64,000 nt of DNA from an uncultured Syntrophaceae bacterium (GCA_964610735.1 CAZSYH010000005.1:5912-69911), one strand, 5' to 3'. Counted from the stretch's first letter, positions 11,071 through 21,262 are shown. Notes: generated from the sequence alone by a model not told the origin. Numbers and translations: made by a program.

Positions 11071-11212
11071 GAGGCTGTATAAAAGTTCGTAGATGCTGAA
11101 TGTCAAGAGAAGTCAATGGTGAAGAGCTGCCGGGGTTTGGAAATCCGGCAGAAAACCATGGAGTTGACGGAGGGATGCTGCCAGATAACCGGGAAAGTTT
11201 CCGATTGTCTCC

Positions 11213-11521
11213 TCACTGCTGTTGTATCTTAAAAAGACGAACAAAATACCGCCATGCCTTCTTCAGCAGAAGGCGAGAATAACGGACCCCTTCCGGGCCC
11301 GCCAGCAATGCACCCAGTCCCAGCATTACCCAGCTCAGGGCGTATAGCGCTATTCCCAGGTAGAGGAAGAATTCGTCGTGTTTGTTTATGGCTATGGCAT
11401 TACATGCCACCACAGCCCCCCAGCCAAGCGGCTGATTTGTTGTCAGCAGTATTATTCCTATCCAGAACCTGAGGCTGAACTTTATGTTTCCTTCACCCTG
11501 CGGAGGCGCATGGTTCCTCAT
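11213..11521 (-). CDS. small hypothetical membrane protein (about 3 TM segments)
   Basis: 102-aa ORF with clear hydrophobic helices. No family recognised. Confidence 0.4.
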   Translation of the reverse strand: MRNHAPPQGEGNIKFSLRFWIGIILLTTNQPLGWGAVVACNAIAINKHDEFFLYLGIALYALSWVMLGLGALLAGPEGVRYSRLLLKKAWRYFVRLFKIQQQ

Positions 11522-11530
11522 CCTTTTCCC

Positions 11531-12421
11531 CTATACGTCAAAAGATTCTCCCTCTTTCGGTGCAACGCATATGGTGGAGGAGCCTTTCCTTTCTAATATA
11601 GCCTGTGCCGTCTTAAGTTTATTGTCTATATCATCGTCTGTTTGATCAGGGTCATGGTGAAACAGGTACAGGGTTTTTACCCTGGCCCTGTCGGCCAGCT
11701 CCACCACCTGAGTTATCGATGAATGTCCCCATCCGATTTTCTCTTCATATTCCTCATCTGTGTATGTACAGTCGGTTATCAATACATCGGTATTTGCGAC
11801 AAAGTCTGTCAGCTTGTTTACATAGTTTTCGCTGTAGAGTCTGTTGGAATCCGGGCACATTTCATTGTCCGTGACATAGCAGATAGACCTGCCCCCGTAG
11901 TTCAGGCGGTACCCAAGGCATTGACCCGGGTGATTCAGAAACATTGTTTGTATCTTTATTGCGTCTATGTCGAATCTTTCTTCTCCCAGATTATGGAAGG
12001 ATACCGCTGCGGCGAATTCCTTTATATTTATGGGAAAATATACGCCGTCCATTAGCCCTGCTATCAATTCACGCATGGACATGCCACCATTGAGCGGGCC
12101 ACAGATCTCAAGCTCGTTTCCCTTCGTATACAAAGGCGAGAAGAAGGGGAGGCCGTTTATATGATCCCAGTGAGGATGCGATATAAATATCATGGCCTTT
12201 GTGGGCTTACTTTTTTTGGATATGAGATAATTTGACAGTTCTTTTATCCCGGTTCCGGCGTCGAAAATGAAAAGATTATTCTTTGGGAATTTAATGCTTA
12301 CACAGGATGTATTCCCCCCGTACCTCACTGTCTTTCGCCCTGGCACCGGCAGAGTCCCGCGTACACCCCAGAAGCTCACTCTGATATCTTCTTTCATAAG
12401 TTGTTTGTGTTTTTTGTTCAT
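11531..12421 (-). CDS. MBL-fold metallo-hydrolase
   Basis: HxHxDH-type motif (SHPHWDHINGLP) and a later HHDP motif. Length is typical for the family. Confidence 0.8.
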   Translation of the reverse strand: MNKKHKQLMKEDIRVSFWGVRGTLPVPGRKTVRYGGNTSCVSIKFPKNNLFIFDAGTGIKELSNYLISKKSKPTKAMIFISHPHWDHINGLPFFSPLYTKGNELEICGPLNGGMSMRELIAGLMDGVYFPINIKEFAAAVSFHNLGEERFDIDAIKIQTMFLNHPGQCLGYRLNYGGRSICYVTDNEMCPDSNRLYSENYVNKLTDFVANTDVLITDCTYTDEEYEEKIGWGHSSITQVVELADRARVKTLYLFHHDPDQTDDDIDNKLKTAQAILERKGSSTICVAPKEGESFDV

Positions 12422-12563
12422 AATATTCCCACCAGAGTAAATTTCGCCATATAATTCATTATCGGATTGTGAACTAAATTAACGTTTGCTTCTCTCATGA
12501 TTTTTTGTTTGTGTCAAAACATTTTGCTGAAATTTTTAAAAATCACTGCGCTCACGGGTGGCT

Positions 12564-13340
12564 TCATTGATTCGTATATCGAAATGCTTTCAGATTCAGC
12601 CCCAGTTCCATACCGTCTTTCAGACGAACCAGGGATTGTGATAAGCGCGCCTCTCCGGCATGTTTGCACAACATTTCGCCCAGCTTGCCTTTGATGATAT
12701 AGGCAACCGACAGTATATTGTCCAGGTTTTCCAGCTCGTTCAGTAGTCGGGCGGCTGTTTTGGGTCCTACTGTAGGGACTCCGGTTATGTTGTTCGTTGT
12801 GTATCCCGTAAGTGCTAAGAAATCCACCACTTGATCCGGTTGTACGTGCAGTTTTTCCTTTACGTATGCCTGATCCATATCCAGTCTCTGGAAATGGTCA
12901 CGCACCACTATCAGATCTGAAACAAGCTGCAGAAACATCCTGTCTGTCGAGAGTATGACGGCATTTCCGCTTCGGGATGCCACCTTGCAGGCCAATGTAG
13001 CTATAATATCGTCTGCTTCCAGGTTAGAAAAATACACGGAGGGGACACCGATCTCCAAAAACGTGTCCCTGAACCGGTTCATCTGTGCGTTCAGGGCTTC
13101 GGGCATGGGTGAACGACCGGCCTTGTATTCGGGATAGAGACTATGTCGCCAGCTCGGTTCGTGTCCGTCAAAAACACAGATTGCGTGTGTGGGTCGGCAT
13201 TCTCGCAGAGCACGTTGAAGGGAATGGAGGCTTGTTTTCAGTGCGTCATCCACGCGGTCCGGTCCGTCATCTCCCGGTTGCGCGGCATACACGCGGCGAA
13301 TAAGGTTTAGGGCGTCTATCAGTAAAAGTCTTATTTTCAT
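12564..13340 (-). CDS. xni: flap endonuclease Xni (5'-3' exonuclease family)
   Basis: Close resemblance across the length to E. coli Xni/YgdG as recalled (LLIDALNLIRR, YKAGR, EADD, GVPGVGPKTA-like GVPTVGPKTAA). Confidence 0.8.
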   Translation of the reverse strand: MKIRLLLIDALNLIRRVYAAQPGDDGPDRVDDALKTSLHSLQRALRECRPTHAICVFDGHEPSWRHSLYPEYKAGRSPMPEALNAQMNRFRDTFLEIGVPSVYFSNLEADDIIATLACKVASRSGNAVILSTDRMFLQLVSDLIVVRDHFQRLDMDQAYVKEKLHVQPDQVVDFLALTGYTTNNITGVPTVGPKTAARLLNELENLDNILSVAYIIKGKLGEMLCKHAGEARLSQSLVRLKDGMELGLNLKAFRYTNQ

Positions 13341-13354
13341 GTTCTCTTGGACTC

Positions 13355-14593
13355 TTAATCTGTGGGTGGTCTGTTCAGACTATCGGCGAACACCCGATAC
13401 CTTCTCGCCTCCCTTTCGTTTCCCATGGCAGTGTAGATCTGCTCTACCTTTCTGAAATGGTTTCCCCTCCCTGCCGGGTCTTCATCAACCAGCGAAAGAT
13501 ATATCTCCAGTATCTGCGCTGAATGATCTCCGAGTTCCGTGGAGATATCAGCGTATTTTTGTTTGATGAAAGGGTCGACCCTCGCACCGCAGCCGCGGCA
13601 TTGCGACATTATCTCGCTGTACAGATCAAGGGCTTCTTTCTTTTTCCCCAGTGCTTCATATGTTGCCGCCAGAGACAGGGCTGTGTGCTCATCCCGGCCA
13701 TGAGACTCGAGGAGATCCAGGTAGAAAGACTCCGCGTCCTGATGTCTTCCGGACCGGTATAGTGATTCGCCTCTGAGATGCAGTAGGGGCGCTGAATCCA
13801 GCATTTCTACCGGACAGGAGAAGAGCAGGTTATCGGCTTCATCGAACTTTTTCATTGTCCACAAGGTCTCGCATAAGAGCTGATATCCATGTATGGAATC
13901 TGGATGGTTTTTGATAAATTGTTCAAGAAGCAGGAGGGCATCCTCGTATCTTTTCAAGTTCAGGTATGCAGTGGCCAATTCAAGGGAGATCAGACTATCC
14001 GGCTGGTTTTCTTCCAGCGCCTGCGACAACTTTATTACCGCCAGTTCATATTCACCCCGGTTCAGAGCCACATATCCTGTTATGAACGTGTTTCCATAAC
14101 CCCGGTAGGCATCTTGGACCTCGTCCGGCAGCGCGCCGCACAGAGCGGTAAAATATTCGCGCTCCTGTGTGTGCCATTCCCGGTTTTTTGCCTTATTCTC
14201 CTGGGTTTGAACCCAGGGGGCTTCCATATTCTCCCCTGCGATCTTGTCCTGAGTCTTGCCGAGCAATTGTTCGATTTCAGCAATAAGCTCAGGATCTTCC
14301 GTCAGTTCCAGCGCGAGATGGAGTAGTTCTGACGCGCCTTCATGGTCTCCGGATTCTCTCAGCAATTCCCCATTCTGTTTATGCCGCAGGGCCAGCGCTT
14401 CACTGCTTCTGATCACTTTTTCCCGGAGGCGATTTTCAAGCTCCGTATCTTCCGAACCTCTCTTGCTCATCTTGGCCAGAGCAGTTTCATACTCAAGCCT
14501 GGCTGCCCCGTATTCCATGATCTCGAAGAAACTGTCTCCCTTTTGTTCATATTCTTCGGGGGTTTTACCTGAAAATATCTTCAAAAATCCCAT
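13355..14593 (-). CDS. TPR-repeat protein
   Basis: 412 aa with repeated about 34-aa helical A/Y/L patterns typical of TPR. No catalytic motif. Confidence 0.7.
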   Translation of the reverse strand: MGFLKIFSGKTPEEYEQKGDSFFEIMEYGAARLEYETALAKMSKRGSEDTELENRLREKVIRSSEALALRHKQNGELLRESGDHEGASELLHLALELTEDPELIAEIEQLLGKTQDKIAGENMEAPWVQTQENKAKNREWHTQEREYFTALCGALPDEVQDAYRGYGNTFITGYVALNRGEYELAVIKLSQALEENQPDSLISLELATAYLNLKRYEDALLLLEQFIKNHPDSIHGYQLLCETLWTMKKFDEADNLLFSCPVEMLDSAPLLHLRGESLYRSGRHQDAESFYLDLLESHGRDEHTALSLAATYEALGKKKEALDLYSEIMSQCRGCGARVDPFIKQKYADISTELGDHSAQILEIYLSLVDEDPAGRGNHFRKVEQIYTAMGNEREARRYRVFADSLNRPPTD

Positions 14594-15268
14594 TCAGTTG
14601 CCTCCTTCAGTTCCCTGCTTCTCTCCCCTGATTACGACAAATGAGCCTTCGCCGTATCCCTTCTTTACTATTTCCGTATGGTCTATATCCTTCAGATCAC
14701 GGAAGATTGTCTGGGTAAAGGCAAAATTTCCGAACCCTGCGCCTGTCATGAGAAAAACAATCTCGTCCGCTGAATAAAAAGATGCCTCCCTGTAAAACTT
14801 GTTTTCAGCTTTATACCTTTCATATTTCTTTCCGACAGGGCTGATGCGATCGACAAAACCGATCAAAAGTGCGCCGCCCGGCTTCAGTATCCTGTATGCC
14901 TCACGCAGAGCGGTCTTTACATCGTTCAGGAAACAGATTGCCGTGACCATCAGTGCGAAATCAAACCGGTCATTATCAAATGGAAGATCTTCGGCAACAC
15001 CTTCATGAACCTCTATACCTCGTTTTATGGCAATCTCAGCCATTTTCAGGGACGGGTCAATTCCAAGCCTGATGCCGAGTGGAACAGCGAATCTTCCGGA
15101 GCCCACACCTATCTCGATGCTTTCTCCCCCTGCCGGCAGCAATTCTTTCACAGCCCGTAACTCGGCCTCATACACGAACCGGTTTTCCTCAAACCACTCC
15201 TCGTATTCATCCGTATGTGTTTCAAATGGTACCTTCGTCACCATGTGCTTTGCCTTGCCTTGTTCCAC
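14594..15268 (-). CDS. class I SAM-dependent methyltransferase
   Basis: Motif I (IEIGVGSGRF) and post-I acidic residue, Methyltransf_11-like. Abuts the TPR gene start. Confidence 0.8.
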   Translation of the reverse strand: MEQGKAKHMVTKVPFETHTDEYEEWFEENRFVYEAELRAVKELLPAGGESIEIGVGSGRFAVPLGIRLGIDPSLKMAEIAIKRGIEVHEGVAEDLPFDNDRFDFALMVTAICFLNDVKTALREAYRILKPGGALLIGFVDRISPVGKKYERYKAENKFYREASFYSADEIVFLMTGAGFGNFAFTQTIFRDLKDIDHTEIVKKGYGEGSFVVIRGEKQGTEGGN

Positions 15269-15299
15269 AAAATACTCCGATTCCTTGTCTCCGGTTTCT

Positions 15300-15968
15300 C
15301 TATATGTCGATTATCAGCCCCGCGCCTCCCTCAGTATATGTATCGGGATATAATGATTTTATTTTTGCCTTGAACTGGGTGCAATGGGTGGCACATACCA
15401 CTGGTATTCCCTTCAGCAGTTTAAATTCGTTAAAGCCGTGCAGACCGCCTATAAGAGCATGGATTTTTCCATATGTGGAAGCTGCTTCCAGTATATTTTT
15501 TACACCCGGGTGAGAACAACCGGATATTACAACCTGTCCCTTATCCGTGTTGACAACAAGTGATTGTTCAATCTCGCCACCGTAGGGTACTTGTTCAGAC
15601 CCCTGAAGCTCTCCTGTTGAGAAGATTCCTTCGCAGATTTCCATCGGTTCTTTCACCGTTATAATCTCCCTGGCCGAATCTGGTGGGATGCTGTACGACG
15701 AAGGGATGTACAGACTGACGTTGCTGTTTTCTTTGAGAAAATCCGCTAGTCCTCCTGTGTGATCCCAGTGGGCATGAGAGATTACAACTATCTCGATAGA
15801 TTCCGGATCAATATTAAGGGTCTTCATATTGCCGAGGAGTATGGCGCCCTTTGCCCCCGTATCAAAGAGTATCGTTTTGTCGTATGCTTCCACGAGACAG
15901 GCAAATCCCCAGTCGGGGATAAGATCCTTTTTTGATGTTTCATTATCGTAGATAATTGTGATTCTCAT
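15300..15968 (-). CDS. MBL-fold metallo-hydrolase (COG1237-like)
   Basis: SHAHWDHTGG motif. The start is set at ATG 15968, preceded by AGGAGGAG. The track ORF extends further to 16025. Confidence 0.8.
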   Translation of the reverse strand: MRITIIYDNETSKKDLIPDWGFACLVEAYDKTILFDTGAKGAILLGNMKTLNIDPESIEIVVISHAHWDHTGGLADFLKENSNVSLYIPSSYSIPPDSAREIITVKEPMEICEGIFSTGELQGSEQVPYGGEIEQSLVVNTDKGQVVISGCSHPGVKNILEAASTYGKIHALIGGLHGFNEFKLLKGIPVVCATHCTQFKAKIKSLYPDTYTEGGAGLIIDI

Positions 15969-16075
15969 ACATCTCCTCCTATATATGGCAAGTATGTCTG
16001 TGAATTCAAGGGATTCTGGTGGCACCTAATTTGCGGGATTCCCAATATTTTTCCTACGTATAATCTTTTTATCTT

Positions 16076-16724
16076 CAGTGGTCAATGTGGAAAAGTAGTT
16101 TGTGGACAGGATTAAAATGTGTGGATAGCGGTTGCCTTGAAGGAGACAAATATGCGGGTTCCTTCCTCGAGTCGGAGGTCAAGCAGAGCGCCCTTTGTAA
16201 CCAGGGACTTGAATGTGATGTTTTCCACCATAATGCCTGCTTCGTAATATAATCCACGATCGGATATTTCGGTTATATTTCCCGCGAAGGAGTTTCTCAT
16301 GCTTGAAGTTAATTCCTCTCGACTGAGGACAATGTCTTCCGGTCTGATCGCTATGTACCCTTTGCCGTTCAAAGGTTTTACGCTCAACTCTATCTCCAGG
16401 TTTCCCGTAAACGCCGTTGTTTCTCGAAACTGCGCGGCGAAGAGATTCTTCATGCCTACAAAGTCTGCAACAAAGGTGGAATCCGGGCGTTTGAATATGT
16501 CTTCCATCGTTCCTGCCTGTATGATTTTTCCATTGTTCATTATCGCCGCCCGGTCCGATAGTGAGAGCGCTTCCGCGAAATCGTGTGTAACCATGAGAAA
16601 CGTGACATTGGAATCCCTGTGCAGTTTCTTGAGCCCCGCCCTGATCTCCTCTCTGAATCCGGGGTCCAGTGCCGAAAGAGGTTCGTCAAGGAGTAGAATT
16701 TCCGGGTCCACCATCAGTGCCCTT
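16076..16724. repeat. left copy of a 649-bp direct duplication (identical to 21263-21911)
   Basis: Aligned by eye with a constant offset of 5187 bp. The encoded 200 aa are identical to the C-terminus of the ORF at 21299-22336. Confidence 0.9.
16112..16724 (-). pseudogene. 5'-truncated duplicate of the tungstate/molybdate ABC ATPase gene (Walker B to TOBE domain only)
   Basis: Translation is identical to residues ...ALMVDPEILLLDEP...TAIHTF of the full gene. Walker A and the Q-loop are missing, and the junction is at 16724/16725. Confidence 0.85.
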
Positions 16725-16855
16725 ATAACGCTATCCGCTCATCCCGGCATTTGCCGGATGAACCAGATATTCACTACATGGTCTAACCCTAAAGGCAGCT
16801 CTGATACTGAACGCGTGATGAGAACTATCAAAGAATTTCCTCTGAAAATTTTCCC

Positions 16856-16882
16856 TTGACAATAGAACGATCGTTCTATTAT
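16856..16882 (+). promoter_or_regulatory. candidate promoter (TTGACA ... TATTAT) overlapped by a perfect 18-bp palindrome ATAGAACGATCGTTCTAT
   Basis: TTGACA at 16856-16861, palindrome at 16862-16879, TATTAT at 16877-16882 (15-bp spacer, so suboptimal). It lies 47 bp upstream of the IS91-type transposase start. Confidence 0.4.
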
Positions 16883-16928
16883 GTCTTTATGCTTCTGGAC
16901 GTATTGATCCGCCCAAAGCGAGGAAGAC

Positions 16929-18286
16929 ATGCCATTGTCAGTCGCTGTTTATCAGCCCCGCCACCCGCAAGATTCTGATTATTACCATTGCATAGAGGAT
17001 TATTTTGAAACCTTTGTACAGTGCTATGACGAGCAATTCTCACGGCAGTATGGATTTTGGCGGCCTTATGTTGAGCAGGTGATCTACCGTTATCTGGATT
17101 GCGGCGATCTGCAACACGGTTTTGCCCGTGTGAAATGCAAAGACTGCGGCCACGAAAACCTCCTGGCATTCTCCTGCAAGCGCCGTCACTTCTGCCCTTC
17201 CTGCCACCAGAAACGGTTGTGGAATTCGGAGAATGGCTCTGTGTAGATGTCCTAAAAAAGATACCCCATCGTCATTTCATATTCAGCATCCCGAAGATCC
17301 TCCGCCGGTACTTTCTTTATGACCGAAAACTTCTCGCCGTCCTCAGCCGCTGAGCTTGGGAATCAATGAAGGTTTTTCTCCAGAATGCGGTTCCTGAAAA
17401 TAATCTCATACCCGGCGCTGTCATCGCCATGCAGACCTTCGGTGACCTCCTAGGGTTCAATCCTCACTGCCACATACTTCTGACGGAGGGATGTTTTTAC
17501 GGGGACAAGGGGATGTTCAGAGTCTTGCCGCCGTTAGAGCTTAAGAAGCTGGAGGCCATTTTCCGGCACAAGGTATTCAAGATGCTCCTGAAGAAGGGCA
17601 AAATCACGGAAGAGGTGGTCAAGATGCTCTCTGCTTGGAAACATTCCGGATTCAATGTCTTCTGCGGTAAAAGAATTTAGCCCAATGACGCAACAGCGAT
17701 GGAGAATCTAGCGCATTATATCATCCGGGCGTCGTTCTCGCAGGAACGGATGAAATATTTGGAACAGGGGGGGACGGTCGTCTATACGGCCAAGGACAAA
17801 AAGACAATCAAGAGCCTCCCGGCATTGGAATGGCTGGCGGCCATGTGTTCCCACATTCCCAACCGTGGTGAGCAGATGGTGAAGTACTATGGCTATTACA
17901 GCAACGTCGCTCGCGGAAAACGGAAATAAAAAGGAACAGATGATGTCATCCCCAGCATCATTGAACCAGAGGGAAATTCAAAGGCATTCCGTAAGAACTG
18001 GGCAAGGCTGATTCAGAAGATTTATGAAGTTGATCCCCTGGTCTGCCCGAAATGCAAGGGGACCATGCGAATAATCAGCTTTATCGAAGACGTACAGGTC
18101 ATCCGGGAAATCCTTATGCATTTGGGACTCTGGCTTGTCCGGTCAAGGCCGCCGCCCACGCCCAAAATCCATGACCCTCCAAACATCGAATACGCCACTG
18201 CTGATCTCCTAATCCAACCACATTCTGACACTATCGGAGCCTGTCCTCGACCTGATCGGGGAGCGACCCCGAATATACCGGGATGA
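16929..18286 (+). mobile_element. IS91-family (HUH Y2, rolling-circle) transposase gene, decayed
   Basis: N-terminal zinc-binding domain (CGDLQHGFARVKCKDCGHENLLAFSCKRRHFCPSCHQKR), Y2 core (PHCHILLTEG) and C-terminal CPKCKGTMRII motif. There is one frameshift near 17215 and in-frame stops at 17351-17353 (TGA), 17678-17680 (TAG) and 17927-17929 (TAA). Confidence 0.8.
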
Positions 18287-18612
18287 TTACATCCAATCAT
18301 GATTTTCTAATGCATCTAAAAATATGTGTAATGAAGAAGCTTGCTTGAATTCCGGTTAAATTAACCTTCTTGGCGTCTGATTAGACCAAAAGGTGAGGAG
18401 ATTTCTCAATAGAACGAATGTTGCCAAATACCTTCAACGGGGTCATCCATACAGCATCCCATATCTTGTGCCTGAAATTTTCTTGACACACAAGAGGTCG
18501 CTTAATATACTTCACCCCACAAAAAGGAAGTTCTCAGCAATTAGCAATCTTGAGGTGGGTTTCACCATCAGAATAAACTACTCCATACTGATTATCAAAA
18601 TCATCTGAAAGG

Positions 18613-20751
18613 ATGTGTTCGTATATCACGAAAGAAAGGAGAAAGCCCTTGAAAAATTCAGCGAAAAGAACCTTTCAAGCCCTCTTGTATATCTTTCTTA
18701 TTTTTCTGCCTCTCGCCTGCAATGATGGAAACAACCTCGGTTACGAGACCTTTACCGGGACAATCCGGAAAACATCCCAATTCATCACTCAAACCATGGC
18801 CGAACAGAACATGGTAGGTTTGAGCATTGCCCTGGTTTCGGATGACCGGATTGCATGGTCAGAGGGATTCGGGTGGGCGGACCGGGAGAACGGTTTGCCG
18901 GCGCAGGCGGATACCGCCTATATGCTGGGCTCGGGCTCCAAGACCCTTACCACCTTGGCCCTGCTGCAACTGGTGGACCGGGGCCTCCTTTCTCTCGAGA
19001 GCCCGGCCACGACTTACCTCCCTGATTTTCAACTCGCCGCCCGTTATCCGAACCAGATGGGGGATATCACGGTGCGAAGACTTCTGAACCACCATTCAGG
19101 AATTCCCGGAGACATATACAACGGCGGATTCGTGGAAATGGCATGGAACCAATGGGGTTGTGACCTTTACATAGACTGGCTTCTCAACTATCTTGTTGAC
19201 GATTATCCAAGCTACGCTCCGGGGGAAATCTCCGTTTACTGCAATACGGGTTTTGTCCTGGCCGGCGAAATCGCCCTGCGGCTCGGAGGACAGGGCGGAG
19301 AGACATTCAACGATTTCATGATCCGGCAGCTTTTCCAGCCCCTAGGGATGGACAACACATCCTTTCGGGTTACCCCAGGAAACATGGCCGTGGGGTATAT
19401 AGGCGGTGAGCCGATCCCGCCTGCCGAGGCAAACTGTGTATTCGCGGCCACAGGAGGTGCGGTAACTACTGTCCTGGACATGGGCCGTTTTCTCTCCATG
19501 ATTCTGAATCATGGCTGGGGACTTGGGGGTGCTCGAATTATCGCTCCAGACACTGTAGAACTTATGGGGCAGGGCGAAAGAACGCCGCTGGATTTGAACT
19601 CATATTCCACGCCGGGCCTGGGTCTGGATACCATGGATGATCCCGTGATGCGCTATGCTGGAAGGGCGTGGACAAAGAACGGCAGCACCGGACACTTCAA
19701 CTCGTTCATGGAGATGCTCCCGGACGAGAAGCTTGCCGTAATCGTCCTCACAAATTCCGATACGGCGCAATGGGCTGTTTATTCGGTTGCCCGTGAATGT
19801 CTGAAGAATGCGGTCGAGGAAAAAACAGGCATAAAACCCTCGCTTCCCCCTTATCCGGATCTCCCGTCTGAGACGGAACCGGGCGTGATCGTGGGCACCT
19901 ATGTGAAAAAAAACGGGTATGACAGGATTTTGAATAACCTTGATGGAACCCTTTCCTGGGCGAAAGACGCCCACCTTGCAGATCCGGATGTAAAAATCCT
20001 GGTATACGGGGAAAATGTATGGAACGTTCAAGGAGGATCGGAAAGCCTGACATTCCGTAACATCTCCTTCATGGGCACGGACCATTTTGTTATGACACAA
20101 CTGGGAAGCGACGGATCTGTAGTGGACGAGAGTGTATTCGAAGGCTACGTGGTACTTGCACTGGGTGAAAAACTGGATATCCCTGTTATTCCCCCTGCCT
20201 GGCTGGAACGCATGGGGCGTTTATGGATTATTGAGAACATTCCCTTCAATGATCTTAACTGGGACTTTCCTTTTCTTTCACTGGAGGATGCCAACGGTGT
20301 CCTCATGGTCCGACAGGGAGGAAATCTGCAGGCAATTTTTCCACAAGACGACAATCTGGCGTTCGTTGGAGGCCTTGCCAACCGGAATGGGAGTTGTGTG
20401 CGGGTGAGAAACGAAGCAGGGATGGAGAAGCTCGTTTTTGTGGGTTGCGAGGCCTATCCCATAGACCGGGTTCCGGTCGTCTCTTCAGGAGATGTGATTA
20501 ACGGCAATGTTGATTTCCACAAGACGGACTGGTATCGCTTTGATTCCGCAGCCCAGGGAACCGAAGTGGTTTTCGATATTCCCGACGGTGCGGGTGGCTA
20601 TCGTCTCAGGCTTTTCACTTCTGAGCTCGTATCGCCGGTTTGTCAGGGTGTAGACAGGATATCCTGGACAGCGCCGGAGGGGGCCCTTTATCTGGCAGTA
20701 TGCCGGGTTCCGGATGCTGCTGATGAATATACGCTTCTGGTTAACCCCTGA
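18613..20751 (+). CDS. beta-lactamase-family serine hydrolase lipoprotein with a long C-terminal extension
   Basis: Lipobox-like LPLAC, SxxK (SGSKT) and YxN (YCN) motifs in the first 400 aa or so. A roughly 300-aa C-terminal region ends in a pre-peptidase-C-terminal-like beta domain. Confidence 0.8.
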   Translation: MCSYITKERRKPLKNSAKRTFQALLYIFLIFLPLACNDGNNLGYETFTGTIRKTSQFITQTMAEQNMVGLSIALVSDDRIAWSEGFGWADRENGLPAQADTAYMLGSGSKTLTTLALLQLVDRGLLSLESPATTYLPDFQLAARYPNQMGDITVRRLLNHHSGIPGDIYNGGFVEMAWNQWGCDLYIDWLLNYLVDDYPSYAPGEISVYCNTGFVLAGEIALRLGGQGGETFNDFMIRQLFQPLGMDNTSFRVTPGNMAVGYIGGEPIPPAEANCVFAATGGAVTTVLDMGRFLSMILNHGWGLGGARIIAPDTVELMGQGERTPLDLNSYSTPGLGLDTMDDPVMRYAGRAWTKNGSTGHFNSFMEMLPDEKLAVIVLTNSDTAQWAVYSVARECLKNAVEEKTGIKPSLPPYPDLPSETEPGVIVGTYVKKNGYDRILNNLDGTLSWAKDAHLADPDVKILVYGENVWNVQGGSESLTFRNISFMGTDHFVMTQLGSDGSVVDESVFEGYVVLALGEKLDIPVIPPAWLERMGRLWIIENIPFNDLNWDFPFLSLEDANGVLMVRQGGNLQAIFPQDDNLAFVGGLANRNGSCVRVRNEAGMEKLVFVGCEAYPIDRVPVVSSGDVINGNVDFHKTDWYRFDSAAQGTEVVFDIPDGAGGYRLRLFTSELVSPVCQGVDRISWTAPEGALYLAVCRVPDAADEYTLLVNP

Positions 20752-20791
20752 TAATAAGTCTGATCACCGCTTTCCACTCAAATGGGAAATA

Positions 20792-21262
20792 TTAATAGTC
20801 CCACTTCCACTTAATCCCCACCCCACCCTCGGCGTTCACCCCCGCTTCGGTCTCCACGGTGATGTTGGGGGTCACCTCCCACTTCACCGAGGCCTTACCG
20901 GACTCAGTCCCCACTCCCCGCTCCACTTCCAGTTACACGTTCTGACCAAGATATTTACCGGCCCGTATGGACGTTTCTCCCTCGGTATCGCCACTTGGTT
21001 TGAGTTCGAGTTGGTCTACGCCCAAAAACTGACGCATTTTTCCCATGAAATCGATCTCTCCGCCGCCCGCAAGCATATTGGCGGTCTGGGCCAATTGCAG
21101 GACCTGAATGGGCGATATATCGGAAACACTCCTACCGAAAAGAAGACGTGCAAGGATCTCATCCGACGGCAAGACGGGCTCCGACGTGAGTTCCATCTCC
21201 GGGGACGCCATGGATCCCGAGAGTTGCAGGCGTGCCGTCAATCCCTTAGTGGAAGCCTCTGC
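20792..21262 (-). pseudogene. C-terminal fragment of a TamB/DUF490 translocation-assembly protein
   Basis: Contains ...LTSEPVLPSDEILARLLFGRS...GKYLGQNV then an in-frame TAA (20933-20935), then LEVERGVG...GIKWKWDY stop. The N-terminus is cut at the duplication boundary 21262. Confidence 0.7.

Noticed and set aside
16076-16724. The 649-bp duplication as a pure assembly artefact
   Set aside because: Both copies have distinct, sensible unique junctions on each side (MBL gene/IS remnant versus TamB fragment/intact ATPase gene). This cannot be excluded without reads, so it is kept as a finding with that caveat.
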